In this document: positions 1 through 12,688 of the stretch, piece after piece
Layout of the letters: each line of letters opens with the position of its first letter
How positions within the stretch are numbered: position 1 is the stretch's first letter
Source of the DNA: Eledone cirrhosa
Lineage: Eukaryota
Assembly (NCBI GenBank): GCA_964016885.1
Contig: OZ024743.1
Coordinates: 50,158,001-50,222,000 of the forward strand
Direction: 5' to 3'
DNA length: 64,000 nucleotides
Position numbers and translations under genes: made by a program
The notes under the pieces: model-generated
The model's input: only the letters and a program-made list of their open reading frames with translations
Told to the model about the DNA's origin: nothing
The model's database searches: none

Positions 1-176
1 AACCAACCTTGCATGTTTGTCTTATTAGATCTTGTTTAAATATATTTCAACTCTTAAAGGAGATTTCTAAATAGATTCAATTTGAAAATGAATTTTAAAG
101 ATTCTATTATAATAACTTTCATGACAAATAGATGTTGAATTATCTTATTATGTTGTTATGTAGAATCATTTTAAGT

Positions 177-254
<78 letters not shown>

Positions 255-522
255 GGAATTTAAAAAAATATATGACATGTATATAAAGATTGTTGAAGAA
301 TGTCATTACATTCAAACAAACATATGGCATATACATAATATATATATGTATATATAATATATAAATATATCAAAATTATACACACACACATACACGGACA
401 CGCGCACATATATATATATATATATATATATATACCTACACACACACACATTATTTATATACATGTTATTTTATATATATAATATATAAATATATTAAAA
501 TTATACACACGCACACACACAT

Positions 523-585
<63 letters not shown>

Positions 586-1003
586 ACCTACATACACATA
601 TATATATATATGTATGTATGTATACCTACATACACATATTATTTATATATATGTTATTTTATATATATGATATACACACTGCTGAAACATTTGTTATTAC
701 ATATAGATCTGAGTTCAAACCCTGCTGTATCTGACCTCGTCTTCCTATGTCAATAAGACTATTTCTAATAGTAGACATGAAGCACATTCTATGTACTCAA
801 CTGGTCCTCATTACTTGTAGAGTACGTTGGTTAGACTAATTTACAAATAATTCAATTCATAAGGGGGATAAATGAGACGTTGTGAAGTTCATACCTTTCC
901 CAATGTCATGAGATGTATATGTGAAATTGAAATTAGTTCAAATCCCGCCGAATTTACCTTTACCTTCCATCTTTCTGGAGTCGATAATATGAAGCACTAA
1001 TAT

Positions 1004-1190
1004 AATTGTTGCTACTTTTGGCACAAAGCCAGCAATTATCCCAGTGTATTACTGGTACTTTATTTTATCGACCCCGTAAGGATGAAAGGCAAAATTAACC
1101 TTGGCGGGATTTGAACTCAGACTATAAAGGGCCGTAACTCTTTGCTGCAAAGCATGGCGTCCGACTCTCTACCGATACAGCCAATCCACC
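1004..1190 (-). mobile_element. tRNA-derived SINE (common family in this window)
   Basis: Minus strand has a tRNA-like head (GGTGGATTGGCTGTATCGGTAGA, B-box GAGTTCAAATCC) and a central block CCTTTCATCCTTACGGGGTCGATAAAATAAAGTACCAG. The same family occurs at ~7060-7180, 24874-29177 (split), 29576-29770, 30040-30180, 59585-59735 and 63105-63250. Confidence 0.85.
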
Positions 1191-1487
1191 GAACTAATAT
1201 AATCCGCTTCCGTCTTCCCTTAAAATTACTGGCATTGTGCCTAAATTAGAAACCATTATTTAGACCCAGATGAGACTTTATCAAGTGGACTTACAATATA
1301 AGACATTCCATCCGTAACCATCCATTTTCTTTTTACATGTTTTTTTTACATTATTTAACATGTTCTTTCTTTTTTAAGTGTTTGCGAGTTGAGGGAGATT
1401 TAGCTATTTCTTCTGGCAGGTCGTGTAACTACATCTAAACTATCTCTTTGGTTCGGCTCTGTTGTTGGGAAGAGGAAGGGGTGAGAA

Positions 1488-1975
1488 TCTAAACTATAAT
1501 AAAGTAAGGAGTGCGGAACTGCGTCCAGAATATATTTGTTTATCACGTTAGTAAAATAAGTTGGATTACTTTGAATAAATAATAAATGAATATTACATAA
1601 TTTATCTACTAAATTCCGTAATTCTTGATTAAATATAAATAATATTGTTGTTTATTTTAAGATTCACTTCTTTAAAATTTTCAAATGTCAACACTTCCGG
1701 TTAGCGATCGCTTAAATAAACATTCATATATTTCCGTCACTAATTTTCTCCTAATGCAGTTTATATATAATATCGTCTTTTTTTAATGTTTCATGGATTA
1801 CGTTACTGATTACATAAGACAGTGTAACGCAGGCTTCGTTCAATTTCTGTGTATATTGTCAACTACCATTTTATTTGATGTAACATATTGACATGCATAT
1901 ATACTTGCGTATAATATCAATATGCACACCACACATGCTAGCAGAAAACCACCCGAAGGGTGGTTTTTCTGCTAG
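1488..1975 (+). mobile_element. Non-autonomous Helitron, family A copy 1
   Basis: Starts A|TCTAAACTATAATAAA and ends with hairpin CCACCC-GAA-GGGTGG then CTAG|T (AT target, no TSD). A closely similar copy lies inverted at 51130-51596. Confidence 0.85.
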
Positions 1976-2198
1976 TATATGTTAAAATATGTTAGTAGTC
2001 CGTGGGATAGAACCTGATCATTAAATGAGAAGGGGTTCTATTATCTTCAATCGACAAAAAGGAGTTCATAGGTGGACGGATGTGAGAGGAGGTTTTCAAT
2101 GGAGACAAAGACGAGAAAGACAAGGAAACGAAGTTATATTTATGTGACAAGTTCCAACTGATTATGTTCTGGTCATGGAGCTCCTATTGTCTTCCAAG

Positions 2199-2815
2199 TG
2201 TGCCGCCATAGTTTGTGGAATCGGCACCATTGGTGTGCCGCCGTAGTTTGTGGCATCGGCATCATTGGTGTGCCGCCGTAGTTTGTGGGCACCATTGGTG
2301 TGCCACCGTAGTTTGTGGCATCGGCACCATTGGTGTGCCGCCGTAGTTTGTGGGCACCATTGGTGTGCCACCGTAGTTTGTGGCATCGGCACCATTGGTG
2401 TACCGCCGTAGTTTGTGGGCACCATTGGTGTGCCACCGTAGTTTGTGGAATCGGCACCATTGGTGTGTCACTGTAGTTTGTGGCATCGGCACCATTGGTG
2501 TGACGCCGTAGTTTGTGACATCGGCACCATTGGTGTGCCACTGTAGTTTGTGGCATCGGCACCATTGGTGTGACGCCGTAGTTTGTGGAATCAGCACCAT
2601 TGGTATGCCGCCGTAGTTTGTGGCATCAGCACCATTGGTGTGCCACCGTAGTTTGTGGGCACCATTGGTGTGCCGCCGTAGTTTGTGGAATAAGCACCAT
2701 TGGTGTGCCGCCGTAGTTTGTGGGCACCATTGGTGTGCCGCCGTAGTTTGTGATATCGGCACCATTGGTCTGCCGCCGTAGTTTGTGGAATCAGCACCAT
2801 TGGTGTGCTGCCATA
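2199..2815. repeat. GC-rich minisatellite of mixed 35-bp and 30-bp units
   Basis: Unit GGCACCATTGGTGTGCCGCCGTAGTTTGTG with or without GCATC, repeated in tandem. Confidence 0.95.
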
Positions 2816-2859
2816 GTAGAAAATATTTGTACCACTGCCGCCAGCATGGAATAACATCT

Positions 2860-3225
2860 GAAAATCTGGGTTACAATGTCTAGCCTTCCATACTATGGCA
2901 TCAGCGCCATAAGTGTGCCGCCATGTAAATCTGGGCTACATTGGCTAACCTTCCATGTTACGTCAGCCCCATAAGTGTGCCGCCATGTAAATCTGGGTTA
3001 CAATGGCTTCCACGTTACGTCAGCCCCATAAGTGTGCCGCCATTTAAATCTAGGTTACAATGGCTTCCATGTTGCGTCAACCCTACAAGTGTGCCGCCAT
3101 GTAAATATGGCTTACATTGGCTAACCTTCCATGTTACGTCAGCCCCATAAGTGTGCCGTCAGCCCCATAACTGTGCCGCCATGTAAAACTGGGTTACAAT
3201 GGCTGACCTTCCATGTTACGTCAGA
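2860..3225. repeat. Second minisatellite, ~55-60-bp units
   Basis: Unit approximately CCATAAGTGTGCCGCCATGTAAATCTGGGTTACAATGGCTAACCTTCCATGTTACGTCAGCC. Shares the core GTGTGCCGCC with the adjacent array. Confidence 0.9.
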
Positions 3226-3321
3226 CAATTCACAGTTTTAAGAACATTAACCAATTCTTGACTTCTTTCATCTTCTGCTTTCTTCTTTTCAACCACAAAA
3301 GTCTCCTCAACTGCCTCCTGG

Positions 3322-3637
3322 CACACACATACATATATACACACATATACATACACATTACATACATACATACACACTTACATACATATATACACACATA
3401 TATATATATATACATACACGTTACATACATATATACACACATATACATATATACATACATACTTACATACATATATGTACACACTTACACATACATACAT
3501 ACACATTTACACATACATACACACATATATACACAGACATACATACATACACACATACATACATACATACATACATACATACTTACATTCGTACATGTAT
3601 GTACATACATGTATTTGTGTATGTACATACATACATG

Positions 3638-3669
<32 letters not shown>

Positions 3670-4015
3670 TGTATGTATGTATGTATGTATGTATGTATGT
3701 ATGTGTATATATATATGTATCCATGTATGTATATATGTATGTAAGTATGTATTTATGTATGTATGTATACATATATATATATATATGTATGTATGTATGT
3801 GTGTATGTATGTATGTGTAAGTGTGTATGTATGTATGTGTAAGTGTGTATGTATGTATGTATGTATGTATGTATGTATGTATGTATGTATGTATATATAT
3901 ATGTATGTATGTATATATCAATGTATGTATGTATGTTTGTTTGTAAGTATGTATATATATATATGTATCTATATATGTATATATATATATATATGTATGT
4001 ATATATGTATGTATG

Positions 4016-4046
<31 letters not shown>

Positions 4047-4191
4047 ATATGTATATATATATATATGTATATATGTATGTATATATGTATGTATGTATGT
4101 ATGTATATATATATGTATATATTATTGTATGTATGTATGTATGTATATATATATATGTATGTATATATATATGTATATATATATATGCATA

Positions 4192-4227
<36 letters not shown>

Positions 4228-4268
4228 TGTATGTATGTATGTATGTATGTATGTATGTATGTATGTAT
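3322..4268. repeat. Compound (CATA)n then (TATG)n microsatellite
   Basis: Direct reading; the tract switches to its reverse complement at about 3590-3635. Confidence 0.95.
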
Positions 4269-4461
4269 GACATATTTGTTGGTGTTTCTTCAGTAATTAT
4301 TGATTGGTTCACTGGAACGTCAGATATCAAAGGAAAGTGACTGGAAAAGAAAGTAAAAGTGCAGAAATATATATATAAACATATAAATATAAAAATAGAT
4401 TTACTTAGAAAGAAGTAAATAGAGCTATGAATATATACATAATGTTAAATAGATGGTATAG

Positions 4462-4506
<45 letters not shown>

Positions 4507-4576
4507 CACACACACACACACACACACGCACACACACACACACGCACACACACACACACACACACACATACATTTA

Positions 4577-4633
<57 letters not shown>

Positions 4634-4636
<3 letters not shown>

Positions 4637-5387
4637 ATATAAAGAAATACACAGATACATGCGGACACATACATATACATGAATATATCCACATATATCC
4701 CTGAATTTGTGGTGCCGAATTTGAGGACTAATGAAGGAATTTGGGTATGATATATCTTATTAATTATATCTAATGTTTCTTCTTTCTTTATAATGTATTA
4801 TATAGCTCTGATACTCAATCAATCTAATCCATTCGGATAATTTTGTCCCAGTTATTCATAGAGCAACATCGGTTGAGGTTGTCACCACAAATTCAGGGAT
4901 ATATGTGGATATATTCATGTATATGTATGTGTCCGCATGTATCTGTGTATATCTTTATATTGTTTATAACTCCCTATGGTAGAGTAACCATTGAAGTGTA
5001 GTGACTGCTGGAAAGCTATCATTACTCAAACTTCTCGCCATCCTAGCCATCTCTTCTACGGCTTTAATATAAATACCCCCGCCGCCTTTTGTGGTATTTT
5101 TTTCTTGGTTGTAACAAGCTTAGCTCTATTTCTTGACCGCTATATCACGTGATTGACTCCCCCTCCGCCTTTCGGGATTCTATCTCGCGTCCTACGGATG
5201 TGTTTTGAAACTCTTAATGAGGTATCCTCTTGATAAGTCGGCAAACCTCACAAAATTTACTATATCTCTGTGATGTAGTGTTTTTGCATAATATGCCACG
5301 AAAATTCGTAGTCGAGGACTAATGAGGGAATTTGGGTATGGTATATCTTATTAATTTATATCTAATATTTCTTCTTTCTTTATAATG

Positions 5388-5395
<8 letters not shown>
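4634..5395 (+). mobile_element. Non-coding PLE/retrozyme-like unit with terminal redundancy and an inverted 5' piece
   Basis: Direct repeat 4723-4804 / 5314-5395 (591-bp period). 4634-4714 is the inverse of 4883-4963. Degenerate HHR at ~5210-5317. TCACGTGATTGA motif shared with the 32 kb and 49.6 kb elements. Flanked by (TA)n. Confidence 0.65.
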
Positions 5396-5436
<41 letters not shown>

Positions 5437-5817
5437 GGGGGTATATATATATATATATATACACCACTAACAACAACAACAATAACAATAATAATAAATG
5501 TGATGTTGATGTTGATGTTGACTATTACTGAAGATTGTTTATAAAAACGCTAGAAAAACGCTATTTTCATCATTTCTAAATATTGCAAAATAATTGATGC
5601 TTTGGATAGAGTCAAATAGAAGTAGTTAGACATGCTCAACCAACCGCGAGGCCTAAACCAATCAGCTTAAGTAATCTAGTGAAACCACACACTGATTGGT
5701 CGAAATACAGTTTGCAAAACTTAGCATTCTGTAGCCCCTTTTTACTGTATATAAGGCACAGATTTTAGCCATCTCATTACAGTTAAAAATTGCAAACTTG
5801 ACTGTCACCACTGAATA

Positions 5818-5856
5818 TGAACCTGAAGATTACGAAAGCATGAAAGTACTTATTCA
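5818..5856 (+). ncRNA. Degenerate minimal type I hammerhead motif
   Basis: tgaac-CTGAAGA-ttacgaaagcat-GAAA-gtac-TT-attca. Stem III is palindromic; stems I and II carry mismatches. Confidence 0.5.
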
Positions 5857-5973
5857 ATTAACATTTAACATTTAATATTCTACCATAATATTTCATTATA
5901 ATATCATTATAATTTTAAAGGATTGTAAATAAAACAAGTAAATCAGACAAAGTTGGAATTCCTTTTATTAATA

Positions 5974-6025
<52 letters not shown>

Positions 6026-6026
<1 letters not shown>

Positions 6027-6998
6027 TAGCAGCAGTACCCAGCGTTGCCTGGGTAGGTAAAATATTATCTGATTTATGAAAAGGTGTTGATCTTAGCGAC
6101 TGCTTCTCGATGTATCATCTATGGCAACACACAGGCCATGCGGGGGAGGGTTGTGATGACCTCTATCACTGAGAAACGCGGGTGACTGACGAAGGGGCAT
6201 GCTGAGGGAAGGAGGTAAAGACCTCTAACACTAAGCCAAATTTCCTCACGCTACTTGATTGGAAACAGATGAATTCTCAAATACACAACTAAAAGCTCAG
6301 ACGACGTCAGTGGCCATCGTTTTGCCTTTGACCATCTATAAGATGTGCAATAATAGGTTCTATCGTAGTATAAAAGTTGAAACAAATAAATTGATTTATG
6401 TGTGAGGTGGAGCCGAAGTTTCGAATTTGAACGAAATCGGTTGAAAAATGTGGGAGCTAGAGCCGAAAAGGCTGTATTTACGAATATTTAAGCGGCTGCC
6501 ACGCTGATGCTGAACAAAAAATCCAAAATGTAAAGCCACTTTAAGACGTAAAATAATTAGATCTAGCGTAGTGTAAAATTTGAACAAAGTAGGTTTATTA
6601 ATGTGGGAGCTAGAGCCGAAAAAGTGGAAATTTGAGTCTTAAAGTCTAAAAGTGGTATTTTTGAATATTTAAGCGGCCTCCACGCCGTCTCTGAACAACA
6701 AAAGCCATTACAGGATGTGCAATGATAAATTCTATTTTGCTTTAAAATTTGAACGAAATCGGTGGCAAGATGTGGGAGCTAGACCCAAAAATCTTATTTT
6801 TCGATACCTAAAAAAAAGGTGACCCCCTATCGATATTTATCTGCAGAATGACCCCGGAATAAAAAGAAAAACGATACGCTGATATATAGAAAACACTTCC
6901 CGATGACTAATCTATGAGGCTGTAAAGTTTCATGAAAATCGGTCGTAAGATGTAAACCTCTATAGGTAATACACAGACACACAGACACACACGCATAC

Positions 6999-7012
<14 letters not shown>
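6026..7012 (-). mobile_element. Non-autonomous Helitron, family B
   Basis: Minus-strand 3' end TACCCAGGCAACGCTGGGTA hairpin + CTGCTGCTAG|T. The 5' end TATATATAAAATTAAGTATGCGTGTG merges into (TA)n. Internal repeats GTGGGAGCTAGAGCCGAAAA and AATTTGAACGAAATCGGT. Confidence 0.8.
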
Positions 7013-7033
<21 letters not shown>

Positions 7034-8317
7034 GGCAATTGTATATGTGTATATATGTATATTGTTTCTACTTTTGGCACAAGGCCAGCAATTACCCAGT
7101 ACAGTACTGGCACTTTATTTTATCGACCCCGTAAGGATGAAAGGCAAAGTTCACCTCGATGGGATTTGAACTCAGACAGTAAATGTGTATATATGTATAT
7201 GAGAGAAGATTATAGTTAAATACACCAACAGTCTGTATGAAGTCGGTACAAACCGCCTAATAAAGGTGTCTCTCTTATTCAGTATACTATCTGGTGCTCT
7301 TTCAATGGTAAGTTTCTCAACTTTGCATGGGTTGCATCTGCTTCCGCCTTCGTCTTTTACTCCCTTATGAAATCGGTATCCCATCAAATGCGTTGTCCAA
7401 GGTGCCTGATAGAGAAAATAAAGGCGTGATAGGAAGGAGATGGAGACCTTCTTCTTTGTCAAACACTTCACTAATACACCTTCAGACAACAATAACAGCC
7501 ATGACTTTTAGAAAAAATCATTTCTTTCTGAACAAATAACAAATTTAATTAAATATTTTTAAAGCAAAACAACAACAATAAAAAACTTTTCATAGAAGCC
7601 ACTCAAGTTGTCAATGTTTGCTTGAAGATAAGTGAAATCCTTTTGTTAAAGAATCATTAAAAATGACGAATATTGAGTCAGAGATAAAAGCATCTTATCA
7701 ATTCCAAACTCCAAACAAAAGCCTTCAAATAATTTCACATAGTCGTGCAAATAGAGAAAGCACAATTAGCGGAAACCCTAAAAAATATTTTCCAGCTGAA
7801 TTCCATAACGTTGTTCCTAATTATAGAACGTCGTATAAATTGTTGGATACAAGAGCTTTGATTAAATATTCACTGTTATGATATAAGAGGTTTGATTAGA
7901 CATTTTAAGAATGCTGCAATAAACAATATTTCTACGATAGACGCTGCTGTTTTCTTTTATGCTGTTTCAGAATTACCTTAACTCTTTCGTCACAATATTT
8001 CTAATGAATAATAATTTTGAAAATAATCAACGGTTTGTAAATATTTGATAATTTAACTAACTTTCTCATTATTAAGCTGGTGCTTAGAACCCAACAAAGC
8101 TTCTTACATGAAGTTATGATAGAAGATTTGTAGATAAATATAAACAGTTTAACATTTTCGCCACCATACTTTTAATGGGATTAAAAAAAAAAACACAGTC
8201 TATGATTTTCAAATAAGTTTGAAAACATTAAAGAATTTAAAAAGATTTAGTAAAAAAATTTACACAAAATAGATTTTAATGTACAATTCATTACATAAAT
8301 TTTTGATGTACAATATA

Positions 8318-8750
8318 TATTTCTTCATTTGCCACAAGGGCACACAAGAAAAGGAGACAATACAAGGACATATGCCGGGGATTTTACATACAATCGTGTA
8401 AAAAAAATGTTTAACAAACAAATTCAACATTCGAAATCCCCAATAGGGGGGAGGCGTTACAAATGGGTTGTTTTATACGCCGTAGATAGAACAACCCTCA
8501 ACTCCAGGAACATGTTGTGCAAGTGCTCCTTTCTTGCTTTTGCTCTCTTCTTCAACCTACAGGTTTATATACAGAGAAGGCCCAATCACTCGGGCCATTT
8601 TTGCTACATTCACCCACCTTTCAGTAAATTTACTGGGGTGCAGTATCTCTCTCTCCACTCTGATTCTCCTTCTAAAGTGGTACTTAAAGAAGGGAATGAG
8701 TTGTTGTTCGGAGAGAAAGGCATCTGTCCTCAGTCCTCTAGATGTACAAT
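8318..8750 (-). mobile_element. 5'-truncated Tx1-clade LINE fragment (ORF2 C-terminus and 3' UTR)
   Basis: LIPFFKYHFRRRIRVEREIL matches LIDFFKFHLKRKIRVEREVL of the element at 14.3 kb; 3' UTR motif CCCCAATAGGGGG is shared. Confidence 0.85.
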
Positions 8751-9019
8751 GACAACTGTGGAATCGTGCGTATCTATATGTAGTGATCAACTGTAACAGC
8801 ATGAACCAGTCAATGAGAGGTTGCTATGTGTCCTTCATCAGCTCAGCTTCTACAACGTGACGAAACCCATCTCATGATCCTAGCAGACAGAATAGAGAAA
8901 GCGTTATTCTGGATGATAGCGGGAGAGACGCACCGACAGAGCCATTCCAACTCACAGGGCCAACACTGTCCCCTTATCAACCTGTAGAGGGAGAGACCCA
9001 GACACCGGAAATCTGTACC

Positions 9020-10615
9020 CTTATAGGTTTATAGCCCAAGATAACTATAATTCCTTAAAGACGGTGACGATATGCAGGGCATTGATGGAGAAGTAAGCCG
9101 GGAGTTATACACAAGTTACTGTTGTGGGAACCAACTCCCGGGAGACGTAGGAGAGGGAGTTATACACAAGTTACTATTGTGGGAACCAACTCATGGGAGA
9201 CGTAGGAGAGGGAATTATACACAAGTTACTATTGTGGGAACAAAATCATGGGAGACGTAGGAGAGGGAGTTATACACAAGTTACTATTGTGGGAACCAAC
9301 TCCCGGGAGACGTAGGCGAGGGAGTTATACACAAGTTACTATTGTGGGAACCAACTCCCGGGAGACGTAGGTGAGAGAGTTATACACAAGTTACTGTTGT
9401 GGGAACCAACTCCCGGGAGACGTAGGAAGGTGAGTTATACACAAGTTACTATTGTGGGAACCAACTCCCGGGAGACGTAGGTGAGAGAGTTATACACAAG
9501 TTACTGTTGTGGGAACCAACTCCCGGGAGACGTAGGAAGGTGAGTTATACACAAGTTACTATTGTGGGAACCAACTCCCGGGAGACGTAGGAGAGGGAGT
9601 TATACACAAGTTACTATTGTGGGAACCAACTCATGGGAGACGTAGGAGAGGGAGTTATACACAAGTTACTATTGTGGGAACCAACTCATGGGAGACGTAG
9701 GAGAGGGAGTTATACACAAGTTACTATTGTGGGAACCAACTCATGGGAGACGTATGAGAGGGAGTTATACACAAGTTACTATTGTGGGAACCAACTCACA
9801 GGAGACGTAGGTGAGGGAGTTATACACAAGTTACTATTGTGGGAACCAACTCATGGGAGACGTAGGAGAAGGAGTTATACACAAGTTACTATTGTGGGAA
9901 CCAACTCACGGGAGACGTAGGCGGGGGAGTTATACACAAGTTACTATTGTGGGAACCAACTCATGGGAGACGTAGGAGAAGGAGTTATACACAAGTTACT
10001 ATTGTGGGAACCAACTCATGGGAGACGTAGGAGAGGGAGTTATACACAAGTTACTATTGTGGGAACCAACTCATGGGAGACGTAGGAGGGGGAGTTATAC
10101 ACAAGTTACTATTGTGGGAACCAACTCATGGGAGACGTAGGAGGGGGAGTTATACACAACTTACTATTGTGGGAACCAACTCATGGGAGACGTAGGAGAG
10201 GGAGTTATACACAAGTTACTATTGTGGGAACCAACTCATGGGAGACGTAGGAGAGGGAGTTATACACAAGTTACTATTGTGTGAACCAACTCATAGGAGA
10301 CGTAGGAGAAGGAGTTATACACAAGTTACTATTGTGGGAACCAACTCACAGGAGACGTAGGTGAGAGAGTTATACACAAGTTACTATTGTGGGAACCAAC
10401 TCATGGGAGAGGTAGGTGAGGGAGTTATACACAAGTTACTATTGTGGGGACCAACTCATGGGAGACGTAGGACAGGGAGACCTGCTTGGACCTTCATCGA
10501 TCAACTCTCAGACGATATAAAACTCAGTAGGGAGCAGTTGCACGGGGCAATGGAAGATCGTGAATTGTGGAGAGACTTTGTCAAGAATGCTGGACTGTGG
10601 TCACAATAATGATAG
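9020..10615 (+). mobile_element. RTE-clade LINE 3' fragment with internal tandem amplification
   Basis: With the array collapsed it reads KITIIP*RR*RYAGH*WRSKPGVIHKLLLWEPTHGRRRTGRPAWTFIDQLSDD...AMEDRELWR, a typical RTE ORF C-terminus, ending in a short AAT/GAT tail. Confidence 0.85.
9100..10480 (+). repeat. 50-bp minisatellite, ~27 copies
   Basis: Unit GGAGTTATACACAAGTTACTATTGTGGGAACCAACTCATGGGAGACGTAGGAGAG-like, with an exact 50-bp period. Confidence 0.97.
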
Positions 10616-11458
10616 GTTCAACAACTCCTCAGAGACCTTCAGCTTGTCGTGCAACGACTGAATACACCAGGTTCCTGATGGAGAAAGTGTCTCTGCATGT
10701 CGCCTACCAGATTCGGACTTCCAACGCGGAACAGAAAGATTGTGTTGACATTTGCTTGTTTGTTGTCCTCTCAGTTTAACCGGACCGGCTCGGGCTACGA
10801 TGTGAAGTTAGCAGTGTCCAAGCCATAGTTAATGATCTCGTTGAGAGCGGTATGGTGTGGGAGACGACCGACATTGAAGCGACACGTTTGGAACAAAGGA
10901 TCTTACAGAAAATTATGATGGAGGGTTTTTATATAAATATAAATAGCAACACTTTAAAATAAACAACTTCATATCATAGAACCAAGGGCGGGTCAGGCGA
11001 GTTGGTATTAAAAAAATGGTTAGGAGTACCCGTGTCTGTAGATTACTGAACCACTTGCACGTAAATTTGACTAGACGATCAAACAAGTGAAATATTCATC
11101 GTCGAAAACGACATAGATCCATTCAGATAATTATTTCCTTATATGCACATATACGAGATAATATTATAGTTGTATTAGTGGCTGCTAACTATAATATCTT
11201 CCTTATAAGTGTCTTTGCTGACCAGACAGAAGGTTCTGTGTTCGTTATTGCTTAACAGGTGACTTCTTCTTACATATTAAATAGGATAAGTATACTTAAT
11301 CATCATAATCATCATCATCATCATAATAATTCTACTTCTTCTCCTTCCCCTCTCCTCCTCCTCCTCCTCCTCATCACCATCATCGTCATCATCGTCATCA
11401 TCGTCATCATCGTCATCACGGTTGTTACCAGTTGCTACTGAGTGATTTACAATACAAA

Positions 11459-11523
<65 letters not shown>

Positions 11524-11636
11524 TATATACATACAAGTTATACATACACGTTATATATATATATATATATATATACATTAACTCTCTCTCTCCGTCTCTC
11601 TCTCTATATATCTGTATATATATCTATCTCTCTCTC

Positions 11637-11746
<110 letters not shown>

Positions 11747-11993
11747 CAAGAGATGTTATGCCAACGATGATGATGTCTCATTTTTCTTATTCTTCTTTCA
11801 ATTATGGATATCGGAAATATGTAATAAATGAGATAAAATGGATAAGATCAATAAAGAATTATCGATAGGGAATAATTGTAGGAGGCGCATGTCTGATTGA
11901 TAAAATAGCAGAGTTGTAGTTGATTAGTCCCTGATAGATGACATACGTACATGTATACAAACACACACACACATATATATATATACATATACA

Positions 11994-12035
<42 letters not shown>

Positions 12036-12036
<1 letters not shown>

Positions 12037-12645
12037 CGTTTCTGAATTTGTTTAGCAAGATTCTTTATCTGAAATCGTGTGTTGAAACCGATATTGTTAT
12101 ACTTTGGGAGGGTCATGTTGCCAATAAGAAACACACGCACCAGTTGCTTTCACTTCAATTTATTATATATTTATAAATTTATAAATTTACAAATTTACAA
12201 ACTTATAAATTTCTGGTTGGTTGGTTGGTTCCACAACCAGATAGTTGTTTATATATAGTCATAGTCCTTTCGTCACACACTCTGTGACCTCTTCAGTGAC
12301 TGGGGATTCCTTTATTTGTTTCTGTGCCTTTCCTTTCTTCTATCCTACGCCATTTTGTTTCTGTGTGTGTCACACACACACAGAAACAAAATGGCGTAGG
12401 ATAGAAGAAAGGAAAGGCACAGAAACAAATAAAGGAATCCCCAGTCACTGAAGAGGTCACAGAGTGTGTGACGAAAGGACTATGACTATATATAAACAAC
12501 TATCTGGTTGTGGAACCAACCAACCAACCAGAAATTTATAAGTTTGTAAATTTGTAAATTTATAAATTTATAAATATATAATAAATTGAAGTGAAAGCAA
12601 CTGGTGCGTGTGTTTCTTATTGGCAACATGACCCTCCCAAAGTAT

Positions 12646-12653
<8 letters not shown>
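12036..12653. mobile_element. Fold-back PLE pseudo-LTR element: 563-bp palindrome (12091-12653) plus tail
   Basis: Arms of 280 bp around a 3-nt loop at 12371-12373, flanked by (TA)n. Homologous to 37534-37770 and to 57060-57410, which lies 3' of a GIY-YIG remnant. Confidence 0.85.
12443..12487 (+). ncRNA. Minimal type I hammerhead ribozyme (mirror copy on - at 12257-12301)
   Basis: agtca-CTGAAGA-g-gtcaca-gagtg-tgtgac-GAAA-ggac-TA-tgact. Stem I 5 bp, stem II 6 bp, predicted CUA cleavage triplet. Confidence 0.8.

Positions 12654-12688
<35 letters not shown>

Noticed and set aside
2173-2857. Repeat-protein ORFs (TNYGGTPMVP...)
   Set aside because: 35-bp units shift frame, so the same peptides appear in all frames.
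9100-10480. CRISPR array or repeat protein
   Set aside because: No unique spacers; the 50-bp period shifts frame; the unit derives from an RTE LINE.
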